This document shows, in pieces, positions 8,662 to 16,112 of a stretch of 64,000 nt of DNA. Below the pieces are notes generated by a model. It did no database searches, was not told the DNA's origin, and saw nothing but the letters and a program-made list of their open reading frames with translations. The stretch is from Minisyncoccia bacterium (GTDB taxonomy: Bacteria; Patescibacteriota; Minisyncoccia; Phycocordibacterales; Phycocordibacteraceae), in assembly GCA_041485695.1 (NCBI GenBank), contig JBGPJZ010000002.1, forward strand, positions 1,499 through 65,498. Direction: 5' to 3'. Within the stretch, counting starts at the first letter, position 1, and the number at the start of each line of letters is the position of its first letter. The position numbers and the translations under genes were made by a program.

Positions 8662-10314
8662 CTAGCGCTTTTTCTTGCGGGCGATGGCCGCACGGATGAA
8701 TTCAGTGAAAAGGGGGTGCGGGGAGAGCGGGCGCGCTTGGAGCTCGGGGTGAAATTGGGTGCCGAGCATAAACGGGTGCTTATTTTTAGGCAGCTCGGCT
8801 ATCTCCATGAGTACCGAGTCGGGCGACATACCCGAAAAGACAAGGCCTGCCTCTTCAAGTCGCGGCACGTAGGCCGGGTTTATCTCGTAGCGGTGGCGAT
8901 GGCGCTCTTCAACTAGCTCTTTTTTATACGCACCCCTGGCAATCGTCCCCTTCTTCAAGTAGCAGGGGTAGACCCCAAGACGCATGGTGCCGCCGTACTT
9001 ATTGTCGGCCAAATGTTTCTTTTGCTCCAACATCACATCTACCACCGGCTCCTTGGTATTTTTTGCAATCTCAGTCGTATGTGCATCTTTAAGCTTCAAT
9101 ACGTGCCGCGCGTACTCGATGACCATGAGCTGCATGCCGTAGCAGAGGCCGAAGTACGGGATCTTATTCTTACGCGCAAACTCTATCGCCTTGATCTTGC
9201 CCTCGATGCCCGTCTCGCCGAAGCCGCCCGGCACCAGGACGCCGTCGTACTTGCGCAAGGTCTCAACTGACTTGCCCTTCTCGAAATCTTTTGCATTCAC
9301 CCAAGTAATTCTCGGCCGGCGCTTAAGGGCTGCTGCCGAGAATTTAATCGCCTCGATGACCGAGAGGTACGCGTCTGAAAGGACGAAGTCTCCCGTATCG
9401 AAATACTTGCCGACGATAGCGATATGCACCTCGGGCGCCTTCTCGTTCATCGCCGCCGTTGCGAACCGTCTCCACGCCGAAAGGCTCGCCTTCTTTTTGT
9501 CGGGTAGCTTAAGGGCATCAATGAGCATATTGCCGAGATTGTCCTTTTCGAAATTGAGCGGCACTTCATAAATGCTCTTTACGTCTGGCGCGGAGACGAC
9601 ATGCTCTTTCCGTACGTTGCACCAGATGGCGAGCTTCTCTTTGCGTTTATCGTCCAAGGGCTCCTTTGAACGCGCAAGGATAAAGTCGGGCTGGACCCCG
9701 TAGCTGTTTAGATCGCGGACAGCGGTCTGGGTGGGCTTCGTTTTCATCTCTCCAAGGGAGCCAGGGACAGGTAGGTACGAAACCATCACAAAGAGGACGT
9801 CGTCGGGGTTCTCCATCTTCATGACGCGCGCCGCCTCGATAAAGAGCGCGTTCTGGAAGTCGCCCACGGTCCCACCGATCTCAATGACCGAAATGCGGCT
9901 GCCGTTGTAGTCGGCAGCCGCTTCGATGCGACGTAAAATCTCATCACGCACGTGCGGGATTGCCTCGACGCATTTACCGCCATATTTAAGTGCGCGCTCG
10001 CGTTCGATGACGCTCTGATACACCATGCCCGAGGTCATGTAATCCTCTGCGGTAAGGTCGCGGCCGAGAAAGCGTTCGTAATTGCCCATATCCTGATCGG
10101 TCTCGAGCCCGCTTTTGAGGACGAATACCTCGCCATGCTCGGTCGGGTTCATCGTCCCCGCGTCGACATTCAAGTAGGGGTCAATCTTCACTAAATTCAC
10201 CGGGTAACCCTTCTGCTGGAGCAAGAGACCCATTGATGAAGATGCGATGCCCTTACCGACACCCGACATCACCCCGCCTAAGACGAAAATGTATTTGTGT
10301 CCGGTACGAGCCAT
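8662..10314 (-). CDS. pyrG: CTP synthase
   Basis: GGVMSGVGKG, DPYLNVDAGTMNPTEHGEV, GLCYGMQ, QFHPE. Confidence 0.97.
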   Translation of the reverse strand: MARTGHKYIFVLGGVMSGVGKGIASSSMGLLLQQKGYPVNLVKIDPYLNVDAGTMNPTEHGEVFVLKSGLETDQDMGNYERFLGRDLTAEDYMTSGMVYQSVIERERALKYGGKCVEAIPHVRDEILRRIEAAADYNGSRISVIEIGGTVGDFQNALFIEAARVMKMENPDDVLFVMVSYLPVPGSLGEMKTKPTQTAVRDLNSYGVQPDFILARSKEPLDDKRKEKLAIWCNVRKEHVVSAPDVKSIYEVPLNFEKDNLGNMLIDALKLPDKKKASLSAWRRFATAAMNEKAPEVHIAIVGKYFDTGDFVLSDAYLSVIEAIKFSAAALKRRPRITWVNAKDFEKGKSVETLRKYDGVLVPGGFGETGIEGKIKAIEFARKNKIPYFGLCYGMQLMVIEYARHVLKLKDAHTTEIAKNTKEPVVDVMLEQKKHLADNKYGGTMRLGVYPCYLKKGTIARGAYKKELVEERHRHRYEINPAYVPRLEEAGLVFSGMSPDSVLMEIAELPKNKHPFMLGTQFHPELQARPLSPHPLFTEFIRAAIARKKKR

Positions 10315-10316
10315 AG

Positions 10317-11243
10317 CTAGACTTTAAGATACCTCCGTATGGCGAGGATGCTCGCCAGCCCGCCCAAACAAACACCCGAGACAAGCAGGATGATAAGGAT
10401 AATGAAGAAATGGCTCGTGTAATACGAAAAGATGTTGAACCCGTTAAGCAATCCTGCAGTTTTTGTTCCGATGTACCACGCTATCGGGAAAAGTGCGATG
10501 AGCACAGCCAACGTTGCGAGAATGCCCGTAATGACCCCGGCAACGATGAAAGGCCCGCGGATATAAGCATTTGAAGCGCCGACGAGCCGCATGACGCCTA
10601 TCTCGTCCTTAGCAGTGTAGATTGCCAACTGGACGGTCGCTAAAGCAATCATCACCGATGCAAGCGCAAACAAGATGACGATAATGAGTCCTCCGCTCCG
10701 CGTTACTGCGATCGCCTTGCTTAAATTGTCGATAGTTATCTTATTTTGCTTGTAATTGATACGATCGATGATAGAGGCCCCGCCAGCTGAAAGCGCCGGC
10801 GTCGTCTCAAGTGTCGAAGAGATGCTCTCATATTGCGATGGATCTTTCGCCTTTATCCCTAGATACGCCCCGAAGGGATTGTCACCGAGCTGTTCGAGCC
10901 CTTGCAGTATCGTTTGGTCGGTGGCGTGAAAGGCGCGGAAATCGGCAAGCACCTGTTCACGCGTGGTGTAGGTGACGCTCTTCACTTGAGGTAAGAGCTC
11001 GATCTTGCTCTTCAAGGCCAAGATATCATGTTCGCTCGCGGTCGTGACAAAAGACACTGAAATGTCTACCTGGTCACGAACGAAATCGAGGGTAAAGCTA
11101 AGGAGAGCCGAGAGAAAAATAAGGGAACTGATGATGCCGAGCGTCACCGTCATGATGACGACGGTCGCGACTGAGACGGCGCCTCCGCGGGCGAAATTCT
11201 TCCACCCTGCTCCTATCATCCGCCGCATGCTCATCGTGTTCAT
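10317..11243 (-). CDS. ftsX: Cell division permease FtsX
   Basis: EIGVMRLVGASNAYIRGPF; downstream of ftsE; start chosen just after a TATACT box. Confidence 0.9.
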   Translation of the reverse strand: MNTMSMRRMIGAGWKNFARGGAVSVATVVIMTVTLGIISSLIFLSALLSFTLDFVRDQVDISVSFVTTASEHDILALKSKIELLPQVKSVTYTTREQVLADFRAFHATDQTILQGLEQLGDNPFGAYLGIKAKDPSQYESISSTLETTPALSAGGASIIDRINYKQNKITIDNLSKAIAVTRSGGLIIVILFALASVMIALATVQLAIYTAKDEIGVMRLVGASNAYIRGPFIVAGVITGILATLAVLIALFPIAWYIGTKTAGLLNGFNIFSYYTSHFFIILIILLVSGVCLGGLASILAIRRYLKV

Positions 11244-11262
11244 ACCTATAGTATAGCGTCCC

Positions 11263-11940
11263 TCATAAGACGTACTTGCCCGAGATATCATCGCGCACAA
11301 CCTTGCCCCTATCCATGGTGACGACCCGCCGCCCTATAGCTTCTACGACGCCTTTATTGTGGGTCGTGATGATGACCGTGGTGCCGAGCTCGTTGATCTT
11401 CTTCAATATCTCGACCACCTCGAAGGTATTGATGGGGTCGAGATTGCCCGTCGGCTCGTCAGCGACCACCACCTCGGGCTGGTTGATGATGGCGCGTCCT
11501 ATCGCGATCCGCTGCTGTTCGCCCCCCGAAAGCTGATTGGGGAAATTGTGCGCCTTGTCAGCCAGGTTCACGAGCTCGAGGATGTAGGGCACGTCGGAGG
11601 CGATCTCCGCATCGGTGCGGCCAGCCGCCTCCATAGCAAAGGCGATGTTCTCATACGCCGTCTTATTAGGGATGAGCTTAAAATCCTGGAAGACGGTGCC
11701 TATCTTGCGGCGGTAGTGGTGCAGCGAAGAGAGCGGGAGATCGTTCACATTAATCGACTCGAAGAAAACCGACCCGCCGGTCGGTTTCTCTTCAGCGAGG
11801 AGGAGCCGGAGGAGGGTCGTCTTACCGGCGCCCGAGTGGCCGACGATTGAGACGAACTCCTTGGGAGCCACCGAAAGCGTCACCTCTTCGACTGCTTTCG
11901 TCTCTCCGTAGTGCTTGCTGACCTTGTCGAAATAAATCAT
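11263..11940 (-). CDS. ftsE: Cell division ATP-binding protein FtsE
   Basis: GHSGAGKTT, RRKIGTVFQDFKL, DEPTGNLD. Confidence 0.93.
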   Translation of the reverse strand: MIYFDKVSKHYGETKAVEEVTLSVAPKEFVSIVGHSGAGKTTLLRLLLAEEKPTGGSVFFESINVNDLPLSSLHHYRRKIGTVFQDFKLIPNKTAYENIAFAMEAAGRTDAEIASDVPYILELVNLADKAHNFPNQLSGGEQQRIAIGRAIINQPEVVVADEPTGNLDPINTFEVVEILKKINELGTTVIITTHNKGVVEAIGRRVVTMDRGKVVRDDISGKYVL

Positions 11941-11976
11941 GTAACCTGCCTATTCTAACCCACGCGCTTGCATCTC

Positions 11977-12897
11977 TCAACTTTTCCCATCTAGGGGGCG
12001 GGTTCCACGCGCGAGCACAGCTTCCTGCACAAGCTGCGGCCAATCAATCGTCTGTGTGCTTTTAATCTCTTCGACCTGCGTTACGCGTCCATCGCTTAAG
12101 TGCACGATGCGATCCGCCATGCGGGCATAAGAAGGCTCATGCGTGACGAGTATGATGGTCTTGCCGTAGCGCGCATTAACCTCGCGCAGGAGCAGCATCA
12201 CCTGCTCAGCGTTTTGAGTATCAAGATGCGCCGTCGGCTCGTCGGCAAACAGGAGCGGGACCTCTTTAGCGATTGCTCGCCCGATGGCAAGGCGCTGCTG
12301 CTGTCCGCCTGAAAGTTGCGAGGGATAATTATGCGCGCGATCTTTGAGCCCCAAGAAGTCAAGTACTTCAAGCGCCTTCTTCTTCGCCTTGAAGGGTCCG
12401 ACGCCGTTCAGCTTCAGTTGAAACGTGATATTTTCAAGCGCGGTGTAATTCTCAAGCAAGTTGAAAAACTGAAATATGTAACTCAAGGTTTGCAAGCGAT
12501 ATTTTGTCTTTTGCCGCTCGGTCATCTGCGACACTTCGATCCCATTAAGGTATATCTCGCCCCGCGAAGGCGAGTCGATGAAACCGAGGATATTCAAGAG
12601 CGTTGATTTACCCGAACCGGATTGCCCGGTAATCGCCAGGAATTCGCCCTCATAGATATTAAGTTCAGCGATGCCGTTAAGCGCCGCGATGACAAGGTCA
12701 TCGGAGATGCTGTACTCCTTGTACAGCCCTCGTATCGCCATAATGATATTTCTTTCCTGAAATTGAGAGAATGCCTGCTCGAGAATCCCTGCTTCCCAGC
12801 CGGCTGATAGGAGGTTGCGCGCAATATCCTGATCTTGGATATTAAGGGCGCGGCTCTCGCGAATGTAATTGCTGATGAGGGTGCGTTCGTTCTCCAT
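11977..12897 (-). CDS. ABC transporter ATP-binding protein (LolD/MacB-like) with N-terminal extra domain
   Basis: GQSGSGKST, LSGGQQQR, DEPTAHLD; ~50-aa N-terminal extension. Confidence 0.88.
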   Translation of the reverse strand: MENERTLISNYIRESRALNIQDQDIARNLLSAGWEAGILEQAFSQFQERNIIMAIRGLYKEYSISDDLVIAALNGIAELNIYEGEFLAITGQSGSGKSTLLNILGFIDSPSRGEIYLNGIEVSQMTERQKTKYRLQTLSYIFQFFNLLENYTALENITFQLKLNGVGPFKAKKKALEVLDFLGLKDRAHNYPSQLSGGQQQRLAIGRAIAKEVPLLFADEPTAHLDTQNAEQVMLLLREVNARYGKTIILVTHEPSYARMADRIVHLSDGRVTQVEEIKSTQTIDWPQLVQEAVLARGTRPLDGKS

Positions 12898-12901
12898 AGC
12901 G

Positions 12902-14086
12902 TTATTCGTGGAGGACGTTGATGATTTCGGTACGCGCGGCCATGTAGGCGGGCACGAAGCTGCCCATGCAGCTTGCGATAAGGAGCGTCAGCGATGTCTG
13001 CTCGATATTGGTGATGTCGAATACCAGCATAAAGTCGCCGATAAGCGTAGAAATCGGGTGCGCTATCGAAGAGAGGTAAATCGCGTAGAAGAGCGCGAAG
13101 CCGATACCATAGGCGAGTATCGAGTACACCAAGGTCTCAAACATATACACCGCGATGATGAAGAGCCTGCTTGCGCCCATTGACTTCATAATGCCTATTT
13201 GCCGGCGCTTTTGGAGAACGCTGATAAAGATGATGACGCAGATGATGACGAAAACGGCGACAATCAAGAGACGATTTATCGTATAGGTAATGAAGTGGAC
13301 GACGCTCACAATGTCAGTGACGTAACCGGCGTTGTCCTTCCACGTCAATACGCGAGCATCGGGAAACGCATCCTGAATTTCAGCCTTTGTTTTTTCAAGG
13401 AGGCTCGTGTCCTTGAGTGTGATGGAAATCTCGGCATCTTTGAGGAAGGGCGCGGCGATATCGAGCTGCTTTTTGTCTAGGTAAAGAATCCAGTTGGGCA
13501 CGAAGTTCTTCGCGTCGAAAATCCCCGCGACTCGATAGGATTCAGGATATGGTGCGCCTAGAAAGCTTGCGTCGATGGTTTCTCCTACCGTAATGCGCTT
13601 CGTATCGTACGACTGGCCGACAAGAGAATCGGCCAATTCGGTGCCGAGAATGATGTCATGCGGCTTGTCATCGCTTAGGTACGTGCCGCTTACGAGTTCT
13701 GATGAAAGGTGCGTGGTCTCGTCCTCTTTTTTCGGGTCTATACCGCGAATGGTAAGCGGATTAATGTATTTATTCTTGTAATGGATGCTCCCAAGAGCGT
13801 AGGTACGAATGCTCCACGAGGAAACGTTCGGCATCACGTCTAACTTGTCAGTGATTGCGGCGATGTTAGTGAGCGCCGTAGAGGTCCCTGCCGGCCCGAT
13901 GATGATGTCCCCGCTGTCATTAATCGCGCCTTGATCAAGGATGCTTTCAAACCCGTTCAGTATGCTCGCAGAGGCAAGCACGGCGGCAAACGAGATACCG
14001 AGGCTAATGACGACGAGGGCTAGCACCACGCGACTCCTTGAGGCATCGCGCACCGCATACGACATAATGAGCCATAATTTACCCAC
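12902..14086 (-). CDS. ABC transporter permease (LolC/E, MacB/FtsX-like)
   Basis: TM + periplasmic domain + RRQIGIMKSMGAS motif; GTG start. Confidence 0.85.
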   Translation of the reverse strand: MGKLWLIMSYAVRDASRSRVVLALVVISLGISFAAVLASASILNGFESILDQGAINDSGDIIIGPAGTSTALTNIAAITDKLDVMPNVSSWSIRTYALGSIHYKNKYINPLTIRGIDPKKEDETTHLSSELVSGTYLSDDKPHDIILGTELADSLVGQSYDTKRITVGETIDASFLGAPYPESYRVAGIFDAKNFVPNWILYLDKKQLDIAAPFLKDAEISITLKDTSLLEKTKAEIQDAFPDARVLTWKDNAGYVTDIVSVVHFITYTINRLLIVAVFVIICVIIFISVLQKRRQIGIMKSMGASRLFIIAVYMFETLVYSILAYGIGFALFYAIYLSSIAHPISTLIGDFMLVFDITNIEQTSLTLLIASCMGSFVPAYMAARTEIINVLHE

Positions 14087-14104
14087 TCTGCGAAGTATAG
14101 CAGG

Positions 14105-15004
14105 CTACGTGCCTAGAGAGCCGGAAGTTATCGTGGTGGCGTCTATAAAATCGTCGAGGTCGCCTGCAAGCACCTTGTCAGGATTTGAGGACTCATGATT
14201 CGTTCGGTGATCTTTGACCATTTTGTATGGGTGAAGGACGTAGGAGCGAATCTGGCTCCCCCACTCGTTCGCCGTGGTTTTCGCAATCGAGCGGCCCTCT
14301 TTCAACGTTTTCGCGTCGGCCTCTTGTTTGGCGAACAGCTTCGCTTTGATGAGTTCGAGTGCTTTTTCTTTATTGGCTGCCTGGCTTCTCTCGCTTGAAA
14401 CGTGTACTGAAATGTTAGTGGGGATGTGGAGTATGCGTACTGCCGTCTCGCGTTTGTTTACATTTTGCCCTCCTGCCCCGCCTGATTTTGCAAATTGTAT
14501 CTCAAGCTCGTCCTGCTTCAGCTCAATCTTGTCGGTCGGTGCGAGCCTGGGGAGCACTTCGACAAGCGCGAAGGAGGTCTGGCGCTTGGCCTGCGCATTA
14601 AAAGGCGACTGGCGCACGAGGCGGTGCACCCCCGCCTCGTGCTTTAAACGACCATAAGGGCCGTTTACCCCGAGTGAAGTCGAGGGGCCAACAATCTCGA
14701 TAAGCACGCTTCGATACCCGCCCTGGGGGTTCTCATTTTCATCCAAGATTTTCGCTGTCCAACCTTTCTTCGCGGCGTAGCCCAGGTACATCGCGAGGAG
14801 CATCGCGGCAAAATCTTCAGCATCGTCACCACCTGCGCCAGCGAGGATGGCGAGCGTTGCATCGCCGCCATCATGGCCCTCGCCGCCTTCTTTAAGCTGC
14901 TGGTACTCACGCACGAGAGCCTGCGCCTTATCTTTATCCGCCCAAAAATCAGGTGATGCCATCATCGCCTCTAACTCTTGAAGTCGTTTCTCGTTTCCTT
15001 TCAT
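14105..15004 (-). CDS. prfB: Peptide chain release factor 2 (short N-terminus, no frameshift)
   Basis: HRLVRQSPF (SPF tripeptide), GGAGGQNVNK, WGSQIRSYVLHPY. Confidence 0.95.
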   Translation of the reverse strand: MKGNEKRLQELEAMMASPDFWADKDKAQALVREYQQLKEGGEGHDGGDATLAILAGAGGDDAEDFAAMLLAMYLGYAAKKGWTAKILDENENPQGGYRSVLIEIVGPSTSLGVNGPYGRLKHEAGVHRLVRQSPFNAQAKRQTSFALVEVLPRLAPTDKIELKQDELEIQFAKSGGAGGQNVNKRETAVRILHIPTNISVHVSSERSQAANKEKALELIKAKLFAKQEADAKTLKEGRSIAKTTANEWGSQIRSYVLHPYKMVKDHRTNHESSNPDKVLAGDLDDFIDATTITSGSLGT

Positions 15005-15005
15005 G

Positions 15006-15078
15006 AGCCGGGGGTCGGGATTGAACCGACGACCTAGGGTTTACGATACCCTCGCTCTACCAACTGAGCTACCCCGGC
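15006..15078 (-). tRNA. tRNA-Thr(CGT)
   Basis: GCCGGGG/CCCCGGC acceptor, AGGGT-ATCGTAA-ACCCT, GTTCAATC. Confidence 0.93.
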
Positions 15079-15086
15079 AAGCGAGT

Positions 15087-15110
15087 GAACATAGCAAAAT
15101 TAACATATTT
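15087..15110 (-). promoter_or_regulatory. Extended -10 promoter block of tRNA-Thr(CGT); identical 24-mer at 16042-16065
   Basis: AAATATGTTAATTTTGCTATGTTC (TG-n-TATGTT), 8 nt upstream of the tRNA. Confidence 0.65.
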
Positions 15111-15120
15111 GGTCGAAAAC

Positions 15121-15196
15121 TGGAGCCGACGTCCGGGATTGAACCGGAGACCTCGTCCTTACCAAGGACGTGCTCTACCAACTGAGCTACGTCGGC
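15121..15196 (-). tRNA. tRNA-Thr(GGT), CCA encoded
   Basis: GCCGACG/CGTCGGC acceptor, CGTCC-TTGGTAA-GGACG. Confidence 0.95.
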
Positions 15197-15274
15197 GAAG
15201 CGAGGAAATGTGACTGCACATCCTCGTGTAGGCAAATTCTCCGAGCGAGCCTGCGTATGCCTACATACGTCGGC
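15197..15274 (-). repeat. 78-nt structured leader of tRNA-Thr(GGT) starting with a copy of tRNA nt 1-9
   Basis: GCCGACGTA at 15274-15266 repeats the tRNA 5' end at 15196-15188. Confidence 0.75.
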
Positions 15275-15296
15275 GTACGTCTATTTCTAACCTAAT

Positions 15297-15638
15297 TCAG
15301 CTATATTTCAAAATCCCGAAGACAATGGCGAAGTCGAGCGTAGCTAAGAGAAAGTTGGCGATAATGATGGGCTTGTCCTTATGTGCGATGCCATACACGA
15401 CCCACAAACTGTTAATCGCTCCGAGCATGAACCACGTTGAGATTGCGAGCCCAGCCGTGTCGTGCTTAAGGAACACTTGCGATGCTTGCGGCAAAAGCGC
15501 AAGGGGGGAGATGAGCGCAACCGCATAGATGACCTTATCTAAGAGGCGCATCCATGGGGTCCGCGCCGGGAAAGGCTCACATTTGGGAGCCGACTGCCGC
15601 TTTCGCAGCGATAAGTGATGCAATCCTCCTCCGTTCAT
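15297..15638 (-). CDS. SemiSWEET/PQ-loop family transporter
   Basis: LLPQ motif, LWVVYG, PIIIAN; 3 TM. Confidence 0.8.
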   Translation of the reverse strand: MNGGGLHHLSLRKRQSAPKCEPFPARTPWMRLLDKVIYAVALISPLALLPQASQVFLKHDTAGLAISTWFMLGAINSLWVVYGIAHKDKPIIIANFLLATLDFAIVFGILKYS

Positions 15639-15714
15639 TCTCTCCTAGTATACCCGATGCGCGAGGTGGGCAGGACATTTTTCGCAGTTTTTGCTAGGAT
15701 GCCCATAAGCGCTT

Positions 15715-15792
15715 GCGGTAGTAAGCCTGCGGACAGGCTTTCTCCCAGCGTTCATTCGCAATATAGAGCTTTGCTTCATATTGCTCATTCAC
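15715..15792 (+). repeat. 78-nt structured leader of tRNA-Asp starting with a near copy of tRNA nt 1-9
   Basis: GCGGTAGTA at 15715 vs tRNA start GCGGGAGTA at 15793. Confidence 0.72.
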
Positions 15793-15866
15793 GCGGGAGT
15801 AGCTCAATTGGTTAGAGCGCCGCCCTGTCACGGCGGAGGTTGCGGGTTCAAGTCCCGTCTCTCGCG
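15793..15866 (+). tRNA. tRNA-Asp(GTC)
   Basis: GCGGGAG/CTCTCGC acceptor, CCGCC-CTGTCAC-GGCGG, GTTCAAGTC. Confidence 0.95.
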
Positions 15867-15879
15867 CACTATATTATTT

Positions 15880-15954
15880 TGGTGCCGGCGGGTGGAGTCG
15901 CGCCACCGTCTAGGGTTTATGAGTCCCTCGTTCTGACTCTTGAACTACACCGGC
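15880..15954 (-). tRNA. tRNA with CAT anticodon (elongator Met or Ile2), CCA encoded, atypical D/T loops
   Basis: GCCGGTG/CGCCGGC-ACCA acceptor, CTCATAA loop, T arm GGTGG-CGCGACT-CCACC. Confidence 0.85.
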
Positions 15955-16032
15955 AAGTGAGAGAACAGGTAAAAACTATCATAGTTTTTACCTGTGAACG
16001 AACGCAGTCGGTGCAAGCCTACTTACACCGGC
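15955..16032 (-). repeat. 78-nt structured leader of tRNA(CAT) starting with a copy of tRNA nt 1-9
   Basis: GCCGGTGTA at 16032-16024 repeats the tRNA 5' end; contains a perfect 15-bp inverted repeat at 15965-15995. Confidence 0.75.
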
Positions 16033-16041
16033 CTGGTGGGC

Positions 16042-16065
16042 GAACATAGCAAAATTAACATATTT
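16042..16065 (-). promoter_or_regulatory. Second copy of the 24-nt tRNA promoter block
   Basis: Identical to 15087-15110; 9 nt upstream of the duplicated tRNA 5' end at 16032. Confidence 0.65.
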
Positions 16066-16112
16066 TGCCGTTTTTGCGTTGCCAAACGTAAATGGAGTCG
16101 TATAGTGGCGTT

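Noticed and set aside
15197-16032. Interpreting the 78-nt blocks as tRNA introns
   Set aside because: Each tRNA is already complete downstream of the block, so splicing is unnecessary; no bulge-helix-bulge or group I core is evident
15000-16100. CRISPR array or prophage/ICE att sites at the tRNA cluster
   Set aside because: Repeats are not regularly spaced identical units; no cas, integrase or tRNA 3'-end duplication seen in the window
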